From assembly GCF_009914755.1 (NCBI RefSeq), contig NC_060925.1: 64,000 bases of DNA; one strand, given 5' to 3'. Shown piece by piece: positions 15,523 to 30,820 of the stretch. The notes under the pieces were generated by a model. That model was not told where the DNA came from, did not search any database, and saw nothing but the letters and a program-made list of their open reading frames with translations. The DNA is from the human T2T-CHM13v2.0 reference genome, Homo sapiens. The translations under genes and the position numbers were made by a program. Numbering within the stretch: position 1 is the first letter of the stretch; every line of letters begins with the position of its first letter.

Positions 15523-18500
15523 TAACCACATTGCTGCTTGAAGTTCCTCTTACCAGGAAGGGAACTGTCTTTCAGGGCCACTTCCGGGCAGAGGTCTAAT
15601 TCCATAGCAGCCTACTTCTTGCCAGCACCAGTATATATTCCAAAATCATCTGTAAATCAGGCTTGAATTTTTCCTCCTCAATTAACCAATGATACTGAAT
15701 CATGAAGTCATATACATGGATTAAGGGAAGGGAGCCAGTGTACAGCATGAACTGATGCATTGGAAGAGTGAGCCACTGTGCTTTAAGGGTCTACTTCAGA
15801 TGAAACTCAGTTTTTGCTTTCACTGGATGATGAAGCACAGGTCATGCCCAACTTTACCCTATAGTGGATTAGAGAAGAAGCACCCTGTTTGTGATGAGTA
15901 ATCAGGCTGATTAATCATTTAGTGTCCTATGGCCATGTGAATAGTCTTTATCAGGTGAAGATTGAGGAGAGAATGTCTTTGTGATAAAATCCAAAGGGGC
16001 TTTGATGTGATTGTCTTGTTTAGAGCTGCCCCAGATTTCTACACAGCATTCTAAATTCACCATGAATACCTTAATCACCATTGTATCCTCTGGGACTCAA
16101 GGACCAGGTACTTTCATTGCAGCCGGGACCAGCTGACAGCTTCTCTTACTCTAAGCCTTACTCAACATGAATGGCATTATCAGTTACTTGGTAAAGAGGC
16201 CAGAGCAGTACACCCAATGATGGCACACATTAACTCCAAATGAAAACAATCCCACCAAGTGTTGTGTATTTCTCAAAGTAGATTTGCAAGGTGCATCAAG
16301 ATATCTTTCCTTTTGGAGGGAATATCCTGATGTGACTCAAATAATTAGGATCCCAGAAACTTTACTGAGGTGACAGGACTGTGCACTTTTATGAGATGTA
16401 TCTACCACTCTTTGGCACACATGACACCTGCCCACCAAGATAGTGAAAGTGTACTGCTGTCCTCGTTAGTGAAAGTAGGCTATTTCTAGTATTCTCAGCT
16501 TATAGGTAGAGAAAAAGTGCATTTATAAGATCAATAACTATATAAAATATGTGATATTTTGTTGATTTGATCCAGTGAAGAGATCATAGCTACAATTGTC
16601 AACTCTTCTTGATGTCTCCTAGAGCTTGTAATGCCAAGACCTATTTGTCTTTAGCAAAAGTCAATGTCAAGTTCAATGTAGATAAGATGGGGATTACTAC
16701 TTTCATTTATTTCAAGTATTTTAAACTCTTTCAAGCACCAGTTTCTATGATTCTTCCAGGAATGCAGCATTGCTTTTGATTTGCTGTTTTGATTGTGAGG
16801 GACCTTCTACTTGACGCTTTCTACCATAATAACAGTTACTACTTGAATTAGGGTGTTAATGCTAGAATTCTACCAGCTGCTGAGTATACTATCCCAATTC
16901 TATACTCTGGAATCAGGGGAGTAAACATAGGTGGGTTTTTAAGTGTCAAGACCCCTTGTGAGATGGACTTAAGATCAACTCTATTTATGACCTGACCCCT
17001 ATAAGTTAAATTCCACTAGTAATAATAATGTTTTGGGATCTCAGAGATTCGTAGCGGCCCAGAGCTGCCAGTGTCCACTAATCCCTGAAAGTTATTTCTC
17101 CTCCCCCAGTGCACAGTTTTCTCAGTAAGTAACACAGGCTCTTTTTGGGAAAAGATAGGAGCTCTAGATTTGAAACAGTATTATGGTGAGGGGGTCATGA
17201 CCATTGGGGTGTCTTAAATCAGACTCCATATACCAATTCAAGGGACAGACTCAACAAAGAATTATCCTGCATCCTGCGTAAGATTCAATGTTCTCCCAGA
17301 TATGACTCTGTGTGAAAAATCTGTATAATGATCTGAACCTAGAACTTAACACCATTTACTATATAACAGAAAAGCATTTTTGGAAGGTTTTAATATACAC
17401 TAAATTTTCTGTAATGCAAGAATTATGTGCATACAGCTATTACTATGTTTTGTTTAAAACTTTATCAAGAGTTGTTTCATCATTTTGGAAAAATCGCATC
17501 ACTGACTGCAATACTGCCTGCAAAATTTTATCTTCAAAACAACAGATCTGTATAAGTCTGCATATGGAGTTGTTGTAGTCATAGTGATTCCACATATATA
17601 TGCAAACACATGGCTACTTTGCTGTGTCTTCTAGTAGAGTTGTGCCTAAGAATTCATATGTAGAAATACTAATACTTTCCTTTTATTTCTTCTCTATGTT
17701 ATAATTAGAATATTAATGTTGATTTAAACAAAGGTATAGGTAGGTCATATTAACTATGAATTTCATTTGAGAATAATAAAAGTTGTGTTGTAAAAAATTA
17801 TCAAAAAGGGGGCGTTAGGTCCACAGGGTTGAGAATCACTGTTTCATATAATACCAAGGAATTTCTCTTATCTCAACTTAACTCAGCTTAAGACACTGTT
17901 AAATCCTAGCCAACAATTATAACTATTCTCAGCTGCTTGAGTTAGCTCACTGATTCCAGAATTTCTCATAGACACATGCCAATTGAGAAATTCAGCCTAG
18001 TCTAAAATTATGTGCCCGCCTCCTGATCTAACACCCTTAGAATCCATTGCCACACATATTCACCAGGGTTTGGACGATAAAATTAGCACTTAGAAAAAGC
18101 CAGCCCACCTGACAGTTTTTGACTGCTTTTGCCCTCACTTAAGATATATTGCAGCAGACATGATGTCTCCTAGAGCCTTGCCTTCAATGGACACTTCCTT
18201 CAAAGTAATCACAGGTGGTAATTTAAGTGTTTTGTCACTAGGTGCTTGGACTACCAATGTCTCATCCTTTTTTCATTATTGTTTTCTGATACTATTTCAT
18301 AGAGAATATGTCTTCTGGAATTTTATGGAGAAGGCAAAAAAAAAAAGAAATTTTCTTCTGAATAATGCTCTAGATGATTTTCAGAAGTATGTTTCATCTC
18401 ACTCTCTTCTTTTGGATTGTCAGTCCACAAATGTTTAGCTAATGTCCAGAATCTACTATGTGCTGGACATTAGCTTGGTGTGGGAGGCAATAAGCCTGGC

Positions 18501-18540
18501 AATGTCCCTGCTCAAATGGCATTTTAAAAATACTGTTCCT

Positions 18541-18888
<348 letters not shown>

Positions 18889-19067
18889 TTAATTTTTATC
18901 TCTTTCCTCATTTCTCTCTGAGATGAAATCTTTCCAGACTTTATGTCTGTCTTTGTCAGTAACAGTGACATTTGAGTAGATCTGATATCTAATTCTGGGT
19001 TATGCCTAAGTGCCTTCTAATGTAATTCAAAGAGAATGTATCTACGATGTGAAGAACATTGTGCTGA

Positions 19068-19377
19068 GGGCTGGGCATGGTGGCTCACCGTGGCTCACAG
19101 AAGCAGATGAGGTGGAACATCTAATCCCAGCACTTTGGGAGGCTGAAGCAGGAGGATGGCTTGAGCCCAGGAGATCAAGACCAGCCTGGGCAACACAGTG
19201 AGACCTGTCTCTACACAAAATTTTAAAAATGAACTAAGTGTGGTGATGCACCCTGTGGTCCTAGCTACTTGGGGGGCTTAGGTGGGGAAACATTGCTTCA
19301 GTCCAGGAAGTCAAGGCTGCAGTGAGCCAGACGGTGTCTCAAGAAAAACAAAAACAAAAACAAAACAAACAAAAAAA
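19068..19377 (+). mobile_element. AluJ with a short foreign insertion in the left arm and a 3' deletion
   Basis: GGATGGCTTGAGCCCAGG (J-type), with ~30 nt extra at 19089-19120. Confidence 0.8.
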
Positions 19378-19414
19378 CCACTGTGCTAAGAGGTGTGGCA
19401 GATAATAATATATA

Positions 19415-19645
19415 ATAATAGCTAACACTGAATGCTAAATAAATGCCAATCACTTTTAAGTACTTTGCATGTACAACTTGGTTAGTCCTCAATCACTCTA
19501 TGAGGTGTTGCTGTTATTACCTGTATTCCCATTTTACAAATGAAAGAATGGAGGCATTAATAGTGACTAAGAAGCTTGCTCAAGGTCACACACCAGTAAT
19601 TAAATACAGGTAGTCTGGATCCAAGACCAACTCTCTTAACTACTT
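19415..19645 (-). mobile_element. MIR
   Basis: CCCATTTTACAAATGAAAGAATGGAGGC...CTTGCTCAAGGTCACAC core. Confidence 0.75.
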
Positions 19646-20879
19646 CCTTGTGATAAATAAGATATTAAGTTGAAAAACATGCCTTGCCTCAAACAACTTG
19701 CCATCAAGGGAATGCTGAGGAAATTACTAAAACTTAACCAGTTGTGAAAAGAGTCAACCAAGAGTCTTGAAGTTTTTTAGAACAGCTAGCTCAGGTAACC
19801 TTTCTGTTTATTTTTTTCTTTCTCTCTTTCACTTTTTTTTTCTCTAGTGATTCACTTGACAATTCATCGTGGAATCGTGCTTCTGTATTTTCACCTTTTG
19901 ATCTTACTGCTTCTCTTTTCTACTAAAATGGAGAATTTCTTAAAGATAGGAACTATATATTATTTCTCTTTTTATCTTTAGCCCGTAGCATATAATAGAG
20001 GACCACTCAATATAAATACTCAATAAATTATTATATTCAAAGAAATGACAGTAATTATTCATAATTAGTATCTATGAATACATTGCACCTAGGGGCACTA
20101 TAGTATTTTAGAGCTTTTGATTGAGTAAGTCCCAAAACTACTCTGGTAAGAGAGTTAAACATTATTATCCATGTTTCACAATCAACGGCTTAATTGTCAA
20201 AAGGTCAAGTGGCTTACTACGAGTTAGTCAGTAGGGGAAAAAAGAGAATCTAGGAGTTTTTTGTTTTTTTTTTTACAAAAAAAAAGAAAGGAAAAAGATT
20301 TCCTCAAAGTTAAATTAATGCACATAAGAATATCAAAAAATACAGCAAAGATACTTTGTCAAAACCAAGCAACACTTAAACACAAAACATTAATTTATGT
20401 TAACTTTATGTAAGTAAGTTATTTTGAAAGTCAACTCTAAAGATTATGTTCAGAAACTTCTATTTATGCTATTTTTGTTTTCTACACATTATTTTAGTAA
20501 TAAGGGCTATATCCTCCCATGAGATCTACAGGGCGGATATTAGATAAGCCACAGATGAGTTAACTTGTTTTGGCTTGAATGAGGAAATGTGGCGGCTCCA
20601 GATGCTTCCATGCTCCGAGCACATCGGATCCAGTAGGCAAGAGAAACTGGGCTAAGACTCAAAGAAGGGAGGTGCTTTTAGCTAATAACAAAGTCTACTC
20701 TTCCAGTGTTTCTGTAGGCAAGGATTTTTTTTTAAGAAAAATATTATTACAACATAGTTATAGATTCGTTCTTGGTAAACAAACTTCAACAAAGGATGAT
20801 CCAAAAGGCTTGAATTTCTAGCTGCAGAAAGAGTTATTTTTACTCTTCAGTCTGTTCCCGTGACTTTTTTCCCTACCTT

Positions 20880-22310
20880 TGTTAATGGCTTCACCATCCA
20901 TTGAACTGACCAAGCTAGAAACCTCAAATTTATTCTCCACAGCTCCTTCTCCCTCACCCTCTTTTGCTACTGGTTTTAGTTTTACTCATTCGCCCATTCT
21001 GTCATCTAAGTAGATATATTTATTATATCTACTTATATATCTACTATATCTACATGTATAACACATCTGTTATAACCTCCATGGCCTCTTCTAAAGGTTG
21101 AGCCTCTCACCTCTCTGGACTATATGACCATCTCCTAGATGGTTTTACTGCCCCTGATAAAGTTATTTATTTGCCTAAAAACCACCAATGGCTCACCCTC
21201 ATCTACAGAACAGAATACAACCTCTTTAGCATATCTGTGCTCTCCCCAATCTGTATAATCACCTATTTTCTTCTACTTCCCTGAAAACCTCTACTCTGTC
21301 AGTTTCTTCTCACCATTCCCCAGACATCTCCAGCATATCCAGCTCTTACATATTTCAGTGTTTTTGTATGTGATGTTCCTTTAACTTGCAGTCCTTCCTC
21401 TGCCTTCATTACATGACCAATCCTAAGGCTTCCTTTACTCCCAGCACAAATGTGGCCTCTCTCTCTGAAAGATGTCTTGACTCCTCAAATAATTAACTAC
21501 TCCCATTTCATATTTGTGGCAGAGATTCTTGCTCCTCATTGAGTAGAGTCTTTTGATGCTGCACATTTGCCAGCTCCTTTCCAGTGCGGTAAGGCCATGT
21601 GACTTCTTCTGGTCAAAGGGCTGTGAGTGGAAGTGAGATGCGCCACTTCTGATCCAAAACACCTAAGAGTTGGTGCATGACCCTCCAACTCTCTCTTCTC
21701 TTGGCAAGTGTAAAGGTCTTGTGATGGGATGGTAAAACCACAAGATGGAAATGGCCTAAACAGACCACATGTAGGGAGCTGCTCTGGGAAGTCCTCTGAT
21801 CCTGCATTAGGCTTCATGTAAGCAAGAAATAAACTTTTGTTGGTTAAGTCACTGAACTTTGGGGTTTATTCACTACCGCAGTGTAAACTCCCCTAACCAG
21901 CCTAACTCAACATCCTACATATCTCTATTTAGCCTTTTGTTTTACAAAACTATAATAATGGATATTATTCTGTATTGTTAACCCCAAGGTCAGGCACTAC
22001 ACCTTATTTAGCATCTAACACAGTATTATAAAGAAAATTGAACTTGAAAACTGGACTCTGCATCTTCAAACTTAATTTCCAAACCTGTTCTCCTTCCAGT
22101 GCTTCTAATCTCAGTAAATGGCATCATCACTAACCCAGTCACTCAATCCAGAATATAGAAGTATATTTCTTACGTCTTTTCAAGCTTCTAAAGCCAGAAA
22201 ATACCTTGGAGGTTCTTATTCTACCTCCCAAGTATATCTTAAGTTTGCCATGTTTCTCCATTCTCTCATTCATCACTTTCTACCTCTTACTGGAGTGGTA
22301 GCCACCAGCT
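20880..22310 (+). mobile_element. L2 fragments with a nested MLT1 LTR (21515-21905)
   Basis: L2 motifs (ATCTCAGTAAATGGCATC, CAAGCTAGAAACCT) and the MLT1 GGCCATGTGACTT...AGAAATAAACTTTTGTTG. Confidence 0.6.
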
Positions 22311-22315
22311 TTCTT

Positions 22316-22340
22316 TATATTTATATATATATATATATGT

Positions 22341-22371
<31 letters not shown>

Positions 22372-22412
22372 GACATATATGTATACACACACACACACAC
22401 ATGCACATATAT
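22316..22412. repeat. (TA)n/(CA)n compound microsatellite
   Basis: Read directly from the sequence. Confidence 0.95.
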
Positions 22413-23152
22413 AAGCTTTCTTTTTATACACACATATGTAACATTATTAGGTAAATATATATGTATATTAACTTCAATAGCTTTTGGGGTATAAGTGGTT
22501 TTTGGTGACACAGATGAATTGTATAGGGGTGAAGTCTGAGATTTTAGTGCACCTGTCACCCGAGTAGTGTACATTAAACCCAATATGTAGTTTTTTCTTA
22601 AATCCCTCTTTCCACTCCCACTCATTCCCCTTCTGAGTCTTCAAAGTCCATTATAGCACTCAGTATGCCTTTGGGTACCCATAGCTTAGCTCCTATTTAT
22701 AAGTGGGAACATGCAGTATTTGGTTTTCCACTCCTGAGTTACTTCACTTAGAATAATGGCCTCCTGCTCCACCCAATTCATTGCAAAAGACGTAATTGTG
22801 TTCCTTTATATGGCTGAGTAGTATTCCATGGTGTATACAGACCACATTTTCTTTATTCATTCATTGGTTGATGGGCACTTAGGTTGGTTCCATATCTTTG
22901 CAATTGTGAATTGTGCTGCGATAAACGTATGTGTGCAGGTGTCTTTTCGATGTGACTTCTTTTCCTTTGGGTAGATACCCAGGATTGGAATTGCTGGATT
23001 GAATGGTAGGTCTACTTTTAGTTCTTTAAGAAATCTCCATACTGTTTTCCATGGAGGTTGTACTAATTTACATTCCCACTAGCAGTGTATAAGCATTCCC
23101 TTTTCATCACACCCATGTCAACATTTATTGTTTTTTAACTTTTTTTTTTTCT

Positions 23153-23752
<600 letters not shown>

Positions 23753-25136
23753 CAGTTTTTTAGCTTTTTAATAATGATCATTCTGGCTGGGGTAAGGTGG
23801 TATCTCATTGTGGTTTTAATATGCATTTCTGTGATTAGCGATGTTAATAACTTTTTCATATGTTTGTTGACCATTTATACATCTTCTTTTGAGAAGTGTC
23901 TATGCATGTCATTTGCCCAATTTTTGATGGGATTATTTGTTTTTTTCTTGCCGATTTGTTTGAGTTCCTTGTAGATTCTGGATATTAGTCCTTTGTTGGA
24001 TGCACAGTTTGCAAATATTTTCTCTCATTCTGTGAGTTGTCTGTTTAATCTGATAATTGTTTCTTTTGCTGACCAGCTGTCTAAATGGCTCTTTTCTATT
24101 ACTTCTTTGTGATTCATTTTTTTTTTGCAATAAGATAAATGTTTTTTTAAAATTTACAAATATGATCATATTATTTCCATGCTTAAATAATTCCCAGTTG
24201 TTTAGCATTTAGTATTCCTTTCAATAATTTCCAGTAGTGGCTGTATTTCTTATATCATATGCCATCTTACTTTATTTTAATTGTTTATTTAAATTTTTGT
24301 CCTCCTCATTAAATTTCAAGTGTGTTCAGGGCATAGCATAGCCCTGTCTTGCCTATTCACTGCTATATTTCCAGCTTCTGACACAAAACAGGCAGTAAAT
24401 AAGTATTTGTTGAATGAATGAATGAATGAATACAGGGAAAATAGTATATAGTCAATAGGAGTTTACTGAATAGATAAGCAACCACATATCTTCAAGCAGG
24501 TATGAATTTTTCCATACATTCTGAAATATTTTATCAGCATATATTTTTACTTGCAACACTCTTTCCTTTCCTTTATGCTAGCCCACAATCCTTGCAACCT
24601 TTAAAATTCTAATTCATGGCTGATTTATTCACTCATTCATTGGGGGTGGAAGCCCTTTGCATATTAATTCATACCCGCTTTATACATTTGAGTTATATAA
24701 TATGACTTAAGCTTTTGTTATTTTGTAAATGTGCTTGAATAATTTTTACACTTATATACTCTATCTTCTAGACTAAATTATAGATTCCCCTACAGTTGAA
24801 ACCACGATCCCTATTTGTTTGGAAACTCTTCCCTCTCCTCATACCTGTAACCTCCAGGTACTTAGCATGGTGTTCTGCATTTAGAGATCACTGATTTTAT
24901 TGAAGGATTGGCAAGAGTTAGCTTGTAAGAGTGAAAGCTGGATGGGAGAAATTCTCAACAGACAGATACTGGAATGGATCCTGGCTTTGCCTGGAGGGAG
25001 AAATGAACTTTGGGGAGGCTTCTAAGGCTTGAGTCAGAGGTACAAGGTGTTTGGTGTTCATTGTCTTAATTTTGCTGGGCTCTATCCCAAGATTCATTTT
25101 TTTTTTAACAACTCAGTCAATCATACTTTCATGTAT

Positions 25137-25417
25137 ATATGTATGTATATATGTATGTATTTATTTATTTAAGACAGAGTCTCGCTCTGTCACCCAGGCT
25201 GAAGTGCAGTGACAGGATCTCAGCTCACTGCAACCTCCACCTCCCAGGCTCAAGCAATTTTTCTGCTTTAGTCTCCGGAGTAGGAGGGACTACAGGCATG
25301 TGCCACCACACCCAGCTAATTTTTGTATTTTTAGTATAGACAGGGTTTCGCCATGTTGGCCAGCCTGGCCTCAAACTCCTGACCTCAAGTGATCTGCCTG
25401 CCTCAGTCTCCCAAAGT
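25137..25417 (-). mobile_element. 5'-truncated Alu with 23-bp TSD
   Basis: TSD TAACAACTCAGTCAATCATACTT (25106-25128, 25417-25439). Confidence 0.88.
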
Positions 25418-25516
25418 AACAACTCAGTCAATCATACTTAACAGGACTTTGATATATGTAAGACACATTAAAAACAAAAATGGAGAAGAAAAATAAGTTT
25501 CTCTAATGTTCTTTTA

Positions 25517-25939
<423 letters not shown>

Positions 25940-26186
25940 CTATCTGAATGAAGTCAGGCATACCTGCAGATGTATTCTTTGTATGTCACTGGTCATGGCC
26001 CTGTTCTGCTGCTAAGAGGGACTCCTTGCTTGGCAGTTCTGCTGTGGCAGTGGGAAACACTCCATTCTCTGTAGCCTCAGTGCTGCCATGTAACTATATA
26101 ACTAAGGATGGTGCATAAGACCAATCAAGGGGACAGCCTGATGACAATGATTCTTTCATGTGCTCAAGAGACATTGATATGATGTC

Positions 26187-26785
<599 letters not shown>

Positions 26786-27339
26786 ATGATGTCTTTATAA
26801 TGAGTGTCTTAAGAAGGAAGTTCCAGCATAAGAAATATTCCAGTATTTCAGAATAATGGTAAAGCTATCCTGTTGCTTAAAATGATCCTATACACAAAAT
26901 AAGGGAAAAGTACTATTCTTAGTTTGTACACCTAACCTCCATGAAAATGTTCAAATGTCATACACATTGGGCAAAGAAAATCCATTCTTATAATTACTAA
27001 AATTAAATATCAAATACATAAAATTATAGCATTTCAGAGCTGAAATATACCTTAGAGCTATAGGCACACAGGATTTTGGCATTTTGTTGTTGTGATTAAT
27101 TACTTGAACTTTACTGAGTTACTAAGGAGCTACTTTTAATGGTGTATTTTAGAGGGCAGTGATTACTAGATTATGACAAACTTTGGCATTTTAGGATATA
27201 ACTTACTTTTACTTTTAGTTTCCACACTGATTTAGAAAAAAAGCGGGCTCATCTTTTGTACACACAAAGGGTCACAATCTCTGAGATGTTGCTGGTTCAT
27301 TTTGTGTCTACTGAAATCTGGAAGGTAGTTTTTAACAAT

Positions 27340-28776
27340 TGTATTAGTCAGTTTGGGCTGCCACATCAAGTACTGGGTGGTTTAAACACGGAAACATATT
27401 TTCTCACAGTTCTGGAGGCTGGAAGTCTAAGATAAGGGTGCCAGCCAATTGGATTCCTGGTGAGGGCTCTCTTCCTGGTTTGTAGACAGCCTCCTTTTTA
27501 CTGTGTCCTCACATGGTGGAGAGAGCCAGCTCTCCGGTGCCTCATTTTATAAGGGCACTAATCTCATCAAAATAGGGCCCCTCCCTCATGGCCCCATCTA
27601 TCGGGGAATCTGTCCCGATATTCACGTAGGTTCTTTTCTATTTTCCTTAAGCATCAGCCAGCTTGAGAAATAAAGGCACAGAGTACAAAAGAGAGAAATT
27701 TAAAAGCTGGGCATCCAGGGGAGACATCACATGTCGGTAGGTTCCGTGCTGCCCCACAAGCTGCAAAAACCAGCAAGTTTTTATTAGGGATTTTCAAAGG
27801 GAGGGAGTGTGTGAATAGGTGTGGGTCACAGACATCAAGTACTTTACAAGGTAATAGAATATCACAAGGCAAATGGAGGCAGGGCGAGATCACAGGACCA
27901 CAGGACCGAGGCGAAATTAAAATTGCTAATGAAGTTTCGGGCACCATTGTCATTGATAACATCTTATCAGGAGACAGGGTTTTGAGATCAACCGGTCTGA
28001 CCAAAACTTATTAGGCGGGAATTTCCTCTTCCTAATAAGCCTGGGAGCGCTATGGGAGACGGGTCTCTTTCACCTGCAGTCTCGACAATAAGAGATGGGC
28101 ATGCCCAGGGGGGCCAGTTCAGAGACCCACCCCCAGGCGTATATTCTCTTTCCCAGGGATGTTCCTTGCTGAGAAAAAGAATTCAGCGATATTTCTCCCA
28201 TTTGCTTTTGAAAGAAGAGAAATATGGCTCTGTTCCGCCCGGCTCACCGGCGGTCAGAGTTTAAGGTTATCTCTCTTATTCCCTGAACAATCGCTGTTAT
28301 CCTGTTCTTTTTTCAAGGTGCCCAGATTTCATATTGCTCAAACACACATGCTGTACAATTTATGCAGTTAATGCAATTATCACATGGTCCTGAGGAGACA
28401 TACATCTTCCTCAGCTGACAGGATTAAGAGATTAAAGTAAAGACAGGCATAGGAAATCACAAGGGTATTGACTGGGGAAGTGATAAGTGTCCATGAAATC
28501 TTTACAATTTATGCTTAGAGACTGCAGTAAAGACAGGCATAAGAAATAATAAAAGTATTAATTTGGGGAACTAATACATGTCCATGAAATCTTCACAATC
28601 CACGTTCTTCTGCCATGGCTTCAGCCAGTCCCTCTGTTTGGGGTCCCTGACTTCCCGCAACACCCATCTAACCCTAATTGTCACCCAAAATCTCCCTCTC
28701 ACAAATACCATCACATTAGGAGTTGGGGCTTTGATGTATGAATTTTGGAGGGGACAGAAACATTCAGTCCATAACA
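27340..28776 (-). mobile_element. MaLR LTR (MLT1A/MST-like) split by MER11
   Basis: TGTATTAGTC...CTCACAGTTCTGGAGGCTGGAAGTC...AACATTCAGTCCATAACA, with a 5-bp TSD ACAAT/ATAAT. Confidence 0.8.
27599..28662 (-). mobile_element. MER11 solo LTR (HERV-K11/HML-8)
   Basis: Reverse complement begins TGTTGCGGGAAGTCAGGGACCCC. Length 1064 bp, with a 6-bp TSD CCCATC (27593-27598, 28663-28668). Confidence 0.9.
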
Positions 28777-28858
28777 ATAATTTGAAGTTCTTTTTTTTTT
28801 CTTGAAGCACTTCTGGCTGTTGGTTATTGCCATGGTGCCAATTTCCAGGGAGTTACTT

Positions 28859-29160
28859 TTATCTATCTATTTATTTATTTTTTGAGACAGAATCTCACTC
28901 TGTAACCCAGGCTGGAGTGCAGTGGCACAATCTCGGCTCACTGCAACCTCTGCCTCCCCGGTTCAAGCGGTTCTCCTACCTCAGCCTCCTGAGTGAGTAG
29001 CTGTGATTACAGGCACACACCACCATGCCCAGCTAATATTTGTATTATTAGTAGAGAAGGGATTTCACCATGTTGGCCAGGCTGATCTCAAACTCCTGGC
29101 CTCAAGTGATCTGCCCACCTCGACCTCCCAAACTGCTGGGATTACAGGCATGAGTTCCCG
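28859..29160 (-). mobile_element. AluS
   Basis: TSD GGAGTTACTTTTA. Confidence 0.9.
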
Positions 29161-29802
29161 GTCACGGAGTTACTTTTAAAAATATTTTGCTGATTATCAT
29201 GTCCCCAAATTTAGCAATTTGCTTTGATCTTGCTGAATGTTCATGGGCTGTTTATTTTGTGAAACACTAAGAAGAATTCTTTGAGGGTGATCATTTTATT
29301 TTTGGGCTTAAAGTTTCAAAACCTTTGAAATATTTTTTGTTTACTTGCCTTATGTAGTGATTATACTGAATTCCTGCTTTATAGGCTGGATTATTTTCTT
29401 CGCTAAAGCTGCAATGATGTCACAGAATTCTTTTCTATTCAGATTGTCCTTTCCACAACTCATTCCAGAATAAGTGATCAATGCTTCCATTAGCACAAAT
29501 GTTCAGATGCTATTAAAAATAAGACAAGGGTGCTTTATGCCTGAAAAATTCTGTGGATGCTCGTATAAACTGGACATCCAAAAAGTCATCCAGCTCTTTG
29601 AATGAAAATGTCATTCTTGTATTCAGTGAGTTCTCTGATGTCAAGTTACTTCCTGGAATGACCTTTCCATAAATTCAGTTTGAGTCAGTAGCAATCCTTG
29701 CTTTGGAAAAGCATATCCTGTGTGGATAACAAATGGATATAGTAAACATACACCAAAGACAAGAGGTGAAAGGTTAGTAGGAAATTATCATTACCGCAGT
29801 AA

Positions 29803-30205
<403 letters not shown>

Positions 30206-30820
30206 TGAACAGTTTTTAAAATGTGATGTATGGGGAGAGGATTCTTTGGCTTTGCTGCCAGTAAGCTTACTTGAGTATGGCCATCCTGTCTCTGGACTTG
30301 GATAAAAATGGACCCTTTTTTCCTTCCCGTGGAACTAACATTGAATAAGCCTTGTCTCCACAGCATATTTATGAAGTCCTTGAGTGGTTTAACATTAAAG
30401 TTTAAGTTTTAACTTTAATAATTCAGATTGCAGCCATGGAAGAAATAATCTGTGTGCATAAATTAATGGAAATTGAATTTTTATTTCCCTGAGCTGATCT
30501 TATCTACAACAGTGATTCATTTTTGCCACAGAATACAAACTGAGAATACATGTATTTTTGTTTAATGATATTTATCAACATTATTGTTTGTAGGGTATTT
30601 CTATTATGCCTATAAATTATGTTTTTACATTTTAGAAATTCAAAAAAACTTTATAAGATATTATTTATTAGCAAAACATCCATTCAAAGATTAATGTTTT
30701 GTTATTTTGGACATAGATATCAAACCTAGGTGAATGTTAATTTGTGACTGATAGTATGACAACATACACATGAACCGATGTTTGACACTTGCTGTGTCTT
30801 TGATAAGTCAATATAATTTG

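Noticed and set aside
17330-17841. Possible hAT-Charlie fragment
   Set aside because: Only a terminal-like GGTTGAGAATCACTG was recognised, which is not enough to set boundaries.
28437-28600. Internal direct repeats (TAAAGACAGGCATA...GTCCATGAAATCTT)
   Set aside because: They are an intrinsic feature of MER11 LTRs.
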